Below are positions 22,850-31,774 of a stretch of 32,000 nt of DNA, in pieces. The notes beneath the pieces were generated by a model, which saw only the letters and a list, made by a program, of their open reading frames with translations, did no database searches and was not told the DNA's origin. This DNA is from Sedimentisphaera cyanobacteriorum. GTDB lineage: Bacteria; Planctomycetota; Phycisphaerae; Sedimentisphaerales; Sedimentisphaeraceae. A program made the position numbers and the translations under genes. Location: contig NZ_CP019633.1 in NCBI RefSeq assembly GCF_001997385.1, forward strand, positions 2,610,001 through 2,642,000. The letters run 5' to 3'. The stretch's first letter is position 1, and every line of letters begins with the position of its first letter.

Positions 22850-23950
22850 ATGTTTCGATGTTTTTCAATACTGATTTTTTGTGCGGTGCTTTCGGCTGCT
22901 GAAGATGTTAAATGGATTGATGTTTCTAATGATACCGCAGTTTCTGTTGATGGGCTGGGCTGGTTTGAGGAAAATGACGGTGAGTTTATCAGGCTTCCGA
23001 TTGCACGAAAAGACGATATAACCAAGCTTGCCTGGAGAATGAGTCTTTGCCCAGCTGCAGCTCGGGTACGTTTCAAAACAGATTCGCCGACGCTTTCAGT
23101 TTGTATTGATCACGGAATGACAGAAGAAGGCAGGCTTGAGATGTGGCATATGAGCTCTGTTGCGGTTAGTGGTATTGATTTGTATGTTGGAGAGCCCGAT
23201 AATATGTCCTTCTTGTTTACATCGAACCCTAAGCAGGCAAAAGGTGATTATGTACATAAATATTTCAGCGGTATGGAGAAGAAACTCAGAGAATTTACTC
23301 TCTATTTACCTTCTTACGCAGAGCTTAAAAGTTTAAAGATTGGTATATCGAATGATGCAGCCCTGCTTGCCCCAATTCCATATAAAAGAAAGGCACCTGT
23401 TGTGATCTACGGCACATCAATTACTCAGGGAGCTTGTGCAAGCCGAGGATCCAATGGTTACGCCGCTCAACTGCAGAGAAGGCTCAACACTGATGTGATT
23501 AATCTTGGTTTCTCCGGCAGCGGGTGCGGCGAACCCGTAATGGCTGAGCTTATGACAGAGATTGATGCATCTTTGTATATTGTAGATTCTGTTGCGAATA
23601 TGGAAGCACAAGTGATGCAAGAGAGATATGAGAATTTTGTAAGAATACTTCGTAAAAATAAGCCTGATACCCCTGTGATTCTTATGACTAAAATACATTT
23701 CGCTTATGAGGCGCTTCCAGCGAATATATATGAGAGCAGGTCGTATTATGATAAACAGCACAAAGCCCTATTCAGAACCTATGACAAGTTAAAGCAGGAG
23801 GGTGATGATAATATTTATCTCTTTGATTCAGGAGCCTTGATACAGGCAGGCGGCGATCATCCAACTGCTGATGGTATCCATCTTACAGATGTTGGATTTG
23901 AAATTATTGCAGACGCCTTGGTTCCGTTTGCTGAAGAAATATTGGAGTAA
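22850..23950 (+). CDS. SGNH/GDSL-type esterase with N-terminal GxDLY beta-sandwich domain (probable carbohydrate O-acetylesterase)
   Basis: Signal peptide present. The GxDLY motif is present as SGIDLYVG. Catalytic block I: VVIYGTSITQGACAS. C-terminal DHPTADGIHLTDVG resembles the D-x-x-H block. Confidence 0.75.
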   Translation: MFRCFSILIFCAVLSAAEDVKWIDVSNDTAVSVDGLGWFEENDGEFIRLPIARKDDITKLAWRMSLCPAAARVRFKTDSPTLSVCIDHGMTEEGRLEMWHMSSVAVSGIDLYVGEPDNMSFLFTSNPKQAKGDYVHKYFSGMEKKLREFTLYLPSYAELKSLKIGISNDAALLAPIPYKRKAPVVIYGTSITQGACASRGSNGYAAQLQRRLNTDVINLGFSGSGCGEPVMAELMTEIDASLYIVDSVANMEAQVMQERYENFVRILRKNKPDTPVILMTKIHFAYEALPANIYESRSYYDKQHKALFRTYDKLKQEGDDNIYLFDSGALIQAGGDHPTADGIHLTDVGFEIIADALVPFAEEILE

Positions 23951-24184
23951 TCTAAGCATTATTTCCTGTTCAGCACTTTTTGACTGCGTATTTTACGTAA
24001 GAGCAATTTTTTTGCCTTTGTTCCAAAAATAATGTTTGATGGAGTTGCATTTTTACTTCTTCGGATAATTAAGCTGTGAGGCAGGCTGGTTTTGCCTGCA
24101 GTAAAGCAAAGAGCAAATTAAAAAGTCAAAGCAGTTTGCCGGTATGATAAGCGCAGTTTTTGCATATTTAAACAGGGATTGAAG

Positions 24185-25513
24185 ATGAGTAAAAGATATT
24201 TTTGCCCAGCAGCGGTCATTTTTTCGATGATTATGATTTTGCCAGCATTTGCCGGCGTTAGTGAAATCAGCCTTAACAGCAGCAAAACTGTATGGAAGGT
24301 GAGGCCTGCTGATAAGGTAGATGATTATTTAGAGTTGTTCGCAGATGACTTTTCAGATTCAGGTTGGGTAAAGGCAGTTGTTCCCGGCACGGTTTTCGGG
24401 TCTTATGCTGAACAGGGATTAGAGAAGAATCCTAATTTCGGAGATAATATTCATAATGTTGACAGGAAAAAGTACAACAAAGACCGAAGCAGGCAAGAAG
24501 AAAACACGCTTTGTGATGTGCAATTCATAAAGCTTAAGCAGTACGCTTCTAAGACTTCTGCTGCCGACTGTCAGGGCGGCGGCGTAGAAAGCAAAGGTTA
24601 TGGAGATAAAAAAATATCCGGCAATCCGATTTTTGAAGGCTGGTATGCAGACCCGGAGGTTATCATATACGATGATAAATACTGGATTTACCCTACATAC
24701 TCCGCTCCGTACGAAAAGCAAACCTTTTTCGACTGCTTCTCTTCGCCGGATCTTGTGAACTGGACAAAGCACGAGCGTATCATTGATTCTGAAGAGGTGA
24801 GCTGGGCGAATCGTGCGATGTGGGCTCCCGGAGTTATTGAGAAAGACGGGAAGTATTATTTCTTCTTCGCGGCTAATGATGTTCACGAAGGTGAAGTGGG
24901 CGGTATTGGAGTGGGCGTAGCAGACAGCCCTGAAGGCCCATACAAAGATTTAATAGGCAAACCGCTGATTAACGAAATCGTAAACGGGGCTCAGCCCATA
25001 GACCAGTACGTTTTTGAGCAAGACGGTTCTTACTATATGTACTACGGAGGCTGGGGACACTGCAATATTGTTAAACTTCACGAAAGCTTTACAAGGCTTG
25101 TTCCCTTTGAAGACGGCGATATGTATAAGGAGGTTACGCCGGAGGGATATGTCGAAGGGCCTTGTATGTTCAAAAAGAACGGCAAGTACTACTTTATGTG
25201 GTCTGAAGGCGGCTGGGGAGGACCTGATTATTCTGTGGCCTATGCAATTTCAGACAGCATCTTCGGCCCTTTCGAAAGGCTTGATAAAATCCTTGAACAG
25301 GATGCCTCAGTAGCTTCTGGTGCAGGCCATCATTCCGTTGCCAACGTCCCGGGCAGTGAGCAGTGGTATATCGTCTATCACAGACGCCCCCTTGGCGAAA
25401 CCGACGCTAATCACAGAGTAACCTGTATTGACAGGATGGAATTTGACGAAAACGGACGCATCAAGCCTGTAGAAATAACGTTTGAAGGAGTTGAGCCAAA
25501 TCCAATAGATTGA
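24185..25513 (+). CDS. GH43-family glycoside hydrolase carrying a non-GH43 N-terminal ~145 aa (signal peptide + GH2-N-terminal-like fragment + linker)
   Basis: The GH43 core starts at GNPIFEGWYADPEVIIYDDKYWIYPTYS (nt 24620). It includes WAPGVIEKDGKYYFFF and EGPCMFKKNGKYYFMWSEG. The upstream part WKV...GWVKAVVPGTVFGSYAEQGLEKNPNFGDN resembles the start of GH2 sugar-binding domains. ATG at 24185 is preferred to TTG at 24179. Confidence 0.8.
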   Translation: MSKRYFCPAAVIFSMIMILPAFAGVSEISLNSSKTVWKVRPADKVDDYLELFADDFSDSGWVKAVVPGTVFGSYAEQGLEKNPNFGDNIHNVDRKKYNKDRSRQEENTLCDVQFIKLKQYASKTSAADCQGGGVESKGYGDKKISGNPIFEGWYADPEVIIYDDKYWIYPTYSAPYEKQTFFDCFSSPDLVNWTKHERIIDSEEVSWANRAMWAPGVIEKDGKYYFFFAANDVHEGEVGGIGVGVADSPEGPYKDLIGKPLINEIVNGAQPIDQYVFEQDGSYYMYYGGWGHCNIVKLHESFTRLVPFEDGDMYKEVTPEGYVEGPCMFKKNGKYYFMWSEGGWGGPDYSVAYAISDSIFGPFERLDKILEQDASVASGAGHHSVANVPGSEQWYIVYHRRPLGETDANHRVTCIDRMEFDENGRIKPVEITFEGVEPNPID

Positions 25514-25774
25514 TTGTTATGTTTTGAATGTTGCCATTAAAGACCGTTTGCAACATATATTGCAGTTGGTATTAAAGATGCGCTTTCAGCCATCTGCCGG
25601 AAGCACCGAAGGGCTTCAAGCGGGGAATTCTTCTTTGGGCCGCTGTGCTCATTAGAGTTGAAATCATCGAAGCCAAGTGTAATGCGGATGAAAATAGGCT
25701 TTACTTTGCGTGAGTTCTTTGTACTCTTTGCGCAAATCATTCACGAACCAATTCTACCCCGAAAAGGATATTAG

Positions 25775-27640
25775 ATGGAAATTCAGCATATAAGGAATGT
25801 TGCGATAATAGCGCACGTTGACCACGGCAAGACAACGCTCGTAGATCAGCTGCTTTACCAGAGCGGTATGTTCAGAAGTGCAGAGCTCGATAAGCTAGCC
25901 GGCGGGCAGCACAATCTGGTTATGGATTCTGATCCGCTCGAGCGTGAGCGGGGGATCACTATCCTCAGCAAGAACTGCGCTGTTAATTACACCACGCCCG
26001 ATGGCGAGGAATACAAAATCAACATAGTTGATACTCCCGGCCACGCCGATTTCGGCGGAGAGGTTGAGCGGGTGATGAAAATGGCCGATGGCGTGATTCT
26101 AATCGTCGATTCGTTCGAGGGGCCGATGCCCCAAACGCGGTTCGTTCTCGGAAAGGCCCTCGAGAACGGGCTCAATCCTATCGTTGTTATAAACAAGGCA
26201 GACCGCCCGGATGCTAGATGCGATGATGTGGCAGATGAGGTGTTTGAGCTGCTTATCCAGCTGGGCGCAGATGATGAAACGCTCGACTTCCCTATAGTTT
26301 ATGCCTCAGCGAAGGAGGGCTGGGCGAGAACCGATCTGGACAGCGGGAATGACAATATGAAGCCTGTTTTCGATGCGATTATTGAAAACGTGCCTGCCCC
26401 GGCCTGCGACGAGAAAACCCCTTTGCAAATGCTCGTTACTACGCTGGATTATTCCGAATACGTGGGCAAGATTGCAGTGGGCAGGGTGTTTGCCGGCAGG
26501 ATCGAGAAGGCTCAGAAGGTTACAGTGATTGATAAACAGGGCAAACACACACTGCAGAAGATTGTTGATCTGTATGAATTTGAAGGCTTGGGCAAACGGC
26601 CTGTTGACTGGATTGAATGCGGGGATATCTGCGCCGTTGCAGGACTCGAACCTGTGGATATAGGCAATACCATTGCCTGTCCGGATAAGCCCTCGCCGCT
26701 TCCGATTATATCTGTTGACGAGCCTACCATGACAATGACCTTCCGCGTTAATGACGGGCCTCTTGCAGGCAGAGACGGGAAATATGTAACAGGACGTCAG
26801 ATATGGGCGAGGCTTCAGAAAGAGCTTCAGACAAACGTTGCTCTCAGGGCGGAGCCCGGGGCAACAGGCGAGCAGTTCAAGGTTTCCGGCAGGGGGCTTA
26901 TGCATCTCGGGATTCTGCTCGAGAATATGCGTCGAGAGGGATACGAGGTATGTGTGGGCAAGCCTGAGGTGATATTCAAAGAGTTCGACGGCGTTCGGCA
27001 GGAGCCTCTTGAAATCCTAAGCATAGACTGCCCGATGGAGTGCCAGAGCTCTGTGATGAGCCTGCTTGGAGACCGCCGGGCAGAAATGCAGGACCTTACC
27101 GCAAAATCAGGAACAGATAATTTCGTTCATATTGAGTTTCTCATTCCCAGCCGAGGCCTTTTCGGCCTGCATGCCAGACTGCTCAACGCCACGCAGGGCA
27201 GGGCTGTGGTTCACCACCGCTTCGAGAGATACGGCCCGATGAGAGGTTCGATTCCCCAGCGTCAGGCGGGCGTGATGATTGCTACAGACCCAGGGCAGGT
27301 TACGCCGTATTCGCTGGACAATCTGTTCGACAGAGGCTTTTTCTTCGTTTCTCCGGGAGATACCGTTTACGAAGGACAGGTAGTAGGGGAGCACTGCAAG
27401 GATAAGGATATACCTGTTAATCCGGTGAGGCAGAAAGCCCTAACCAACGTCCGGGCTGCGGGCAAGGATGATTCTGCAAAGGTTAAGCCTGCAAGGAAAA
27501 TGAGCCTCGAGGCTACGCTTGAATATATACAGGATGATGAGCTTGTTGAAATTACGCCGAATTTTGTGAGAATGAGGAAAGTTTATCTCAAAGAAGCAGA
27601 CAGAAGAAGAGCAGACAGAAAGAAGCAGACAGAAAAATGA
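25775..27640 (+). CDS. typA: Translational GTPase TypA/BipA
   Basis: IRNVAIIAHVDHGKTTLVD, DTPGHADFGGEVER and NKADR are G1/G3/G4 motifs. Length (621 aa) and the C-terminal YLKEADRRR-type tail fit BipA. Confidence 0.95.
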   Translation: MEIQHIRNVAIIAHVDHGKTTLVDQLLYQSGMFRSAELDKLAGGQHNLVMDSDPLERERGITILSKNCAVNYTTPDGEEYKINIVDTPGHADFGGEVERVMKMADGVILIVDSFEGPMPQTRFVLGKALENGLNPIVVINKADRPDARCDDVADEVFELLIQLGADDETLDFPIVYASAKEGWARTDLDSGNDNMKPVFDAIIENVPAPACDEKTPLQMLVTTLDYSEYVGKIAVGRVFAGRIEKAQKVTVIDKQGKHTLQKIVDLYEFEGLGKRPVDWIECGDICAVAGLEPVDIGNTIACPDKPSPLPIISVDEPTMTMTFRVNDGPLAGRDGKYVTGRQIWARLQKELQTNVALRAEPGATGEQFKVSGRGLMHLGILLENMRREGYEVCVGKPEVIFKEFDGVRQEPLEILSIDCPMECQSSVMSLLGDRRAEMQDLTAKSGTDNFVHIEFLIPSRGLFGLHARLLNATQGRAVVHHRFERYGPMRGSIPQRQAGVMIATDPGQVTPYSLDNLFDRGFFFVSPGDTVYEGQVVGEHCKDKDIPVNPVRQKALTNVRAAGKDDSAKVKPARKMSLEATLEYIQDDELVEITPNFVRMRKVYLKEADRRRADRKKQTEK

Positions 27641-28290
27641 TTTCGCCCGAGACATACAAAGGAAAGTTTATAGTGCTCGACGGCCCGGACGGCAGCGGAA
27701 AAAGCACTCAGGCGCAAATGCTCAGAGAGGCCCTAAGCAGTGCAGGCATTCAAACGGCTGCTTTCAGAGACCCGGGCGATACTGTAATTGCTGAGAAGAT
27801 TCGGGATATTCTTCTCAGCCCTGAGCATTCGGCGATGTCTGATAATACCGAAGTTCTTCTGTATATGGCTGCAAGAGCCCAGCTCTGGAAAGAGAAAATT
27901 TACCCTGCCATTGATGCGGGAAAATGCGTTGTGATGGACCGCTGGCTCTCGAGCACCTGTGCATATCAGGGCAAGGCGGGAGGTTTTGGAATTGAGAACG
28001 TTATAAAAATCGCCCAGCTCAGCCTGCCGAGGGTATGGCCGGATAAAACTTTCATAATTGAGGTTGACCCGCAGGAAGGGCTCAATAGAATTACCCGCAG
28101 CTTCGACAGAATGGAGCAGAAAGGTATTGGTTATCATCGGCTGGTTTATGAAGGATTCTTGGAGCTGGCCGCTTTTTCCAAACACCTCGAGGACTTTGAC
28201 GTATCGGTTGTTTCAGGATATGGGACTATTGAACAAGTACACAGAAATGTTTTGGAAGAACTGGGATTAACAGATGGTAGAAACAGCTAA
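27637..28290 (+). CDS. tmk: dTMP (thymidylate) kinase
   Basis: GKFIVLDGPDGSGKSTQ P-loop, DRW.SST.AYQG motif, 217 aa. There is an ATGA start/stop overlap with typA. Confidence 0.9.
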   Translation: MISPETYKGKFIVLDGPDGSGKSTQAQMLREALSSAGIQTAAFRDPGDTVIAEKIRDILLSPEHSAMSDNTEVLLYMAARAQLWKEKIYPAIDAGKCVVMDRWLSSTCAYQGKAGGFGIENVIKIAQLSLPRVWPDKTFIIEVDPQEGLNRITRSFDRMEQKGIGYHRLVYEGFLELAAFSKHLEDFDVSVVSGYGTIEQVHRNVLEELGLTDGRNS

Positions 28291-28618
28291 GAAGAAATTT
28301 CACGGCGAAGAAAGATACAATTGCGCTCAGGCAGTTCTTTCTGCCTTTAGCGATAAATACGCAGTTTCAGACGACTGCATAAAAAACTTTAGAGCCTCAG
28401 GCGGGGGAAGAGCCGAAGGCGGAACTTGCGGTGCTCTGTTTGCAGCTCTAAAGCTGATTGAAAACAAACCCGAACAGGCTGAAAAGCTCTGCAAAAGATT
28501 TGAGCAAAAAGCAGGGCATACAAAATGCAGAGAGCTCAAAAAGCTCGGTTTCCCGTGCAGGGAATGTGTGGGGCTGGCGGCAGAGCTGCTCGCAGAACTT
28601 GAGCAAAAGTGTGCTTAG
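28274..28618 (+). CDS. C_GCAxxG_C_C family small cysteine-rich protein
   Basis: NCAQAV...GGTCGALFAA...TKCREL...CRECV gives the C / GxCGAxxG / C / C pattern of that family. It overlaps the tmk stop by 17 nt. Confidence 0.7.
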   Translation: MVETAKKKFHGEERYNCAQAVLSAFSDKYAVSDDCIKNFRASGGGRAEGGTCGALFAALKLIENKPEQAEKLCKRFEQKAGHTKCRELKKLGFPCRECVGLAAELLAELEQKCA

Positions 28619-28740
28619 ATTTGCTCAGCTGAAAGAATTTATAATTCTGTTTATTTGCTGATCCGAATAAGAATTTGCATTAATCTTTGCAATTTTGCTC
28701 ATAATATTCACTCTTTTAGCCTCTCAGAAGCGATATTCTG

Positions 28741-28768
28741 TTGACACAGCGCTCTGTGCTTATATACT
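28741..28768 (+). promoter_or_regulatory. Near-consensus sigma70-like promoter for ppdK
   Basis: TTGACA (28741-28746), a 16-nt spacer, then TATACT (28763-28768). This implies a ~65-nt leader. AGGAG lies 7 nt before the ATG at 28840. Confidence 0.5.
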
Positions 28769-28839
28769 CCATAAAAAAGAGTTTTGTGTTGCCTCCGGCG
28801 ATACATGAAACTAATTCGTCTTAATTCAGGAGAAATCTT

Positions 28840-31545
28840 ATGGCTGAGAAAAGGGTTTATTTCTTTGGCAAAGGCAAAGCCGAAGGAAAGGCTGAAATGA
28901 AACATCTGCTTGGCGGCAAAGGTGCCAACCTTGCAGAAATGACAAATCTTGGAGTGCCGGTCCCCCCGGGCTTCACAATAGCCACTTCGGTTTGTCAAGA
29001 GTATGAAAGCAACAAAGGCAAATGGCCTGCCGGCTTGAACAAGGAAGTCGATGAGAACATCGCCAAGCTTGAGAAGGCGATGGGGCAGAAATTTGGCGAC
29101 AACAAGAACCCCCTGCTTGTAAGTGTTAGAAGCGGGGCAGCTGTTTCCATGCCCGGTATGATGGATACTGTTCTCAACCTCGGCTTGAACGACAAAGCCG
29201 TTGAAGGACTTATCGAGAAAACCGGCAACCCCAAATTCGTTTACGACATCTATCGCAGATTCATCGATATGTTTGCTGATGTTGTAATGGGCTGCTCTCA
29301 CAGCAATTTCGAAAAAGCAATCCATGCCGCTAAAGAAAAGGCCGGAGTTGAAAACGATAATCAGCTCTCTGCCGAGCAGCTTCAGGATGTAGTAGAGAAA
29401 TACAAAGCTATTTATAAAAAGCACGTTGGCTCGGCCTTCCCGCAGGACCCGAAGAAGCAGCTGGTAAATGCAGTGAATGCTGTATTCGGTTCTTGGGAGA
29501 GTGAAAGAGCAATCAAGTACCGCAAGCTCAACAAGATTGAATCCCTCCTCGGAACTGCGGTAAACGTTCAGGCTATGGCCTTCGGCAATATGGGCGAGGG
29601 TTCAGGTACGGGCGTTTGCTTTACCAGAAACCCCAGCACCGGAAAGAAAGAGTTTTACGGCGAGTATCTCATTAATGCTCAGGGCGAAGATGTTGTGGCG
29701 GGTATCAGAACTCCCCAGCCGCTTAAGAGCCTCAGTAAAGCAATGCCGAACCTCTATAAAGAGCTTACAACCTTAATGACCAAGCTCGAGAAACACTACA
29801 AGGATATGCAGGATATTGAGTTTACCATTCAGGAAGGTGAGCTTTTTGTTCTTCAAACCAGAAACGGCAAGAGAACAGCTGCAGCTGCTATCAAAATTGC
29901 AGTTGATATGCTCAAAGAACGCTTGATAAACAACCGCGAAGCGGTTCACAGAGTAACAGCGAATCAGCTCGATACGCTTCTTCACCCCAGCTTCGACTCA
30001 AACGCCAAGAGGGATGTTGTGGCAAAAGGTCTGCCGGCATCTCCGGGCGCGGCTGTTGGGCAGGTTGTCTTCGATGCTGAAGCAGCTGAGAAATGGGAAG
30101 CACAGGGCAAAAAGACAGTGCTTGTGCGTACGGAAACAAGCCCTGAAGATATCGGCGGAATGGCAGCCGCAGAGGGCATCCTCACCGTCCGCGGCGGTAT
30201 GACATCACACGCTGCTGTTGTGGCAAGAGGTATGGGCAAGTGCTGCGTTGCAGGCTGCAGTGATATCTCAATAAACGAAAAGAGCAAGAAGTTCAGCGTT
30301 GCCGGCAAAACATTCAAAGAAGGCGATTGGGTCAGTCTTGACGGGTCTAGCGGTCAGCTTATGGCTGGTGCCGTGCCAACTGTAGAGCCGAAGATGAGCG
30401 GCGATTTCAAGAAGTTTATGTCTATCTGCGATAAGGTTCGCAAGATTAAAGTTCGCACAAACGCAGATACCCCGGAAGATGCTGAAAAGGCAATAGGATT
30501 CGGTGCTGAAGGTATAGGTCTCTGCCGTACTGAGCATATGTTCTTCGAAGGCAAAAGAGTTTGGTATGTTCGTCAGGCTATTCTCGAGGCAGACAACTAT
30601 GCCGAGATGAAAAAAGAGCTGGCAGAAGCCGACACAAAAACCGACCAGCAGAAGATTAAGTCTAAGTATTCTGAGACCAAGAAGAATTTCGAAAGCGCTC
30701 TCAGAAGGCTTGCTTCATATCAGAAGAAGGATTTCGAAGGTATATTCAAGGCGATGGCAGGAAAACCGGTTACGGTTAGACTGCTCGACCCGCCTCTGCA
30801 CGAATTCCTGCCTCACGATAAGGCAACTCAGTCTGAGATGGCCAAACGCTTGGGCGTTTCGCTGAAGAAGGTAAAAGAGCAGGTTGAAAAGCTCAACGAA
30901 TTCAATCCGATGCTCGGACACCGCGGCTGCAGGCTCGCTGTTACATACCCTGAATTCTACAGGATGCAGGCTAAGGCTATCATCGAGGCCGCTATTGCAG
31001 CAAGCACGCCTAAGAAGAAGGTTGTTCCGGAGATTATGATTCCGCTTGTAGGCCATGTGGAAGAGCTCAAGATCGTCAAGGAAGAGATCGTTGACGAGAT
31101 CAAGCAGGTTCTCAAAAGCAATAACACAAGGCTTACCTACAAGATTGGAACTATGATCGAAGTTCCAAGAGCTGCTCTCACTGCTGATGAGATTGCAGCC
31201 GAGGCAGACTTCTTCAGCTTCGGTACAAACGACCTCACCCAGATGGCTCTGGGCTTCAGCCGTGATGATGTTGCCAAGTTTACTGCCAAGTATATTGAAT
31301 ACGGCATATACAAGGACGACCCGTTCCAGGTGCTCGACCAGACCGGTGTGGGCAAATTGATTGAAACTGGCGTCAAACTTGGACGTGAGCAGAAGAAAAC
31401 CCTCAAGGTTGGTATCTGCGGCGAACACGGCGGCGAACCCAACACTATCGATTTCTGCGCTGATCAGGGAATGAACTACGTTTCATGCTCTCCATACCGT
31501 GTGCCTATTGCAAGGCTCTCGGCCGCTCAGGCAGCGTCTAAGTAG
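28840..31545 (+). CDS. ppdK: Pyruvate, phosphate dikinase
   Basis: Motifs seen: LLGGKGANLAEM, the phosphohistidine loop GGMTSHAAVVARGMGKCCV, GLCRTEHMF and ICGEHGGEP. Length is 901 aa. Confidence 0.95.
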   Translation: MAEKRVYFFGKGKAEGKAEMKHLLGGKGANLAEMTNLGVPVPPGFTIATSVCQEYESNKGKWPAGLNKEVDENIAKLEKAMGQKFGDNKNPLLVSVRSGAAVSMPGMMDTVLNLGLNDKAVEGLIEKTGNPKFVYDIYRRFIDMFADVVMGCSHSNFEKAIHAAKEKAGVENDNQLSAEQLQDVVEKYKAIYKKHVGSAFPQDPKKQLVNAVNAVFGSWESERAIKYRKLNKIESLLGTAVNVQAMAFGNMGEGSGTGVCFTRNPSTGKKEFYGEYLINAQGEDVVAGIRTPQPLKSLSKAMPNLYKELTTLMTKLEKHYKDMQDIEFTIQEGELFVLQTRNGKRTAAAAIKIAVDMLKERLINNREAVHRVTANQLDTLLHPSFDSNAKRDVVAKGLPASPGAAVGQVVFDAEAAEKWEAQGKKTVLVRTETSPEDIGGMAAAEGILTVRGGMTSHAAVVARGMGKCCVAGCSDISINEKSKKFSVAGKTFKEGDWVSLDGSSGQLMAGAVPTVEPKMSGDFKKFMSICDKVRKIKVRTNADTPEDAEKAIGFGAEGIGLCRTEHMFFEGKRVWYVRQAILEADNYAEMKKELAEADTKTDQQKIKSKYSETKKNFESALRRLASYQKKDFEGIFKAMAGKPVTVRLLDPPLHEFLPHDKATQSEMAKRLGVSLKKVKEQVEKLNEFNPMLGHRGCRLAVTYPEFYRMQAKAIIEAAIAASTPKKKVVPEIMIPLVGHVEELKIVKEEIVDEIKQVLKSNNTRLTYKIGTMIEVPRAALTADEIAAEADFFSFGTNDLTQMALGFSRDDVAKFTAKYIEYGIYKDDPFQVLDQTGVGKLIETGVKLGREQKKTLKVGICGEHGGEPNTIDFCADQGMNYVSCSPYRVPIARLSAAQAASK

Positions 31546-31567
31546 TTTTCGATTACAGAACATTTAC

Positions 31568-31598
31568 AGCAGAGCTCAGGTTTCTGGGCTCTGCTTTT
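31568..31598 (+). terminator. Intrinsic terminator of ppdK
   Basis: AGCAGAGCTCAG-GTTT-CTGGGCTCTGCT forms a 12-bp stem with one G-U pair, followed by TTTCT. It lies 23 nt after the stop. Confidence 0.7.
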
Positions 31599-31709
31599 CT
31601 ATGCGCTGCACGAAGAGCCAGAATTATCATCACCCTCCCGCTCGTTACCCGCCGGAGGCGAGCAGAAACAAGCGGATAGAATTTCTATTTCGGCAAAAGC
31701 TATTATTCA

Positions 31710-31747
31710 AACAGCAGAGACAAACATATAAGTTCACCTCTGCTGTT
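31710..31747 (-). terminator. Possible terminator hairpin for the minus-strand mutase gene
   Basis: Perfect 10-bp inverted repeat AACAGCAGAG / CTCTGCTGTT with an 18-nt loop, ~28 nt past the stop at 31775. The large loop and weak U tract keep confidence low. Confidence 0.3.
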
Positions 31748-31774
31748 AAGGGTTCGATGGTCGGGGTTATTGGA

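Noticed and set aside
24081-24099. Hairpin GCAGGC-N7-GCCTGC between the SGNH esterase and GH43 genes, as a possible terminator.
   Set aside because: The stem is only 6 bp, there is no following T-run, and it sits 130 nt after the stop. That is insufficient for a terminator call.
25514-25774. 261-bp gap upstream of typA, containing a 67-aa minus-strand ORF (25537-25740) and a 7-bp stem ATGTTGC/GCAACAT (25528-25556).
   Set aside because: The ORF product has no recognisable motif, no Shine-Dalgarno sequence and odd composition. The hairpin has a 15-nt loop and no U tract. I found no convincing conserved RNA structure or promoter consensus by eye. The gap is left unannotated; covariance-model and RNA-seq checks would be needed.
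28708-29424. 238-aa minus-strand ORF overlapping the ppdK start region. Similar long antisense ORFs occur at 30715-31428, 26306-26905 and 15938-16633.
   Set aside because: All lie antisense to CDSs with strong family signatures and have low-complexity, motif-free products. This is typical of shadow ORFs.
31751-31758. GGTTCGAT, a tRNA T-loop-like string in the ppdK/mutase intergenic region.
   Set aside because: There is no complementary T-stem, acceptor stem or anticodon arm around it, so it is not a tRNA.
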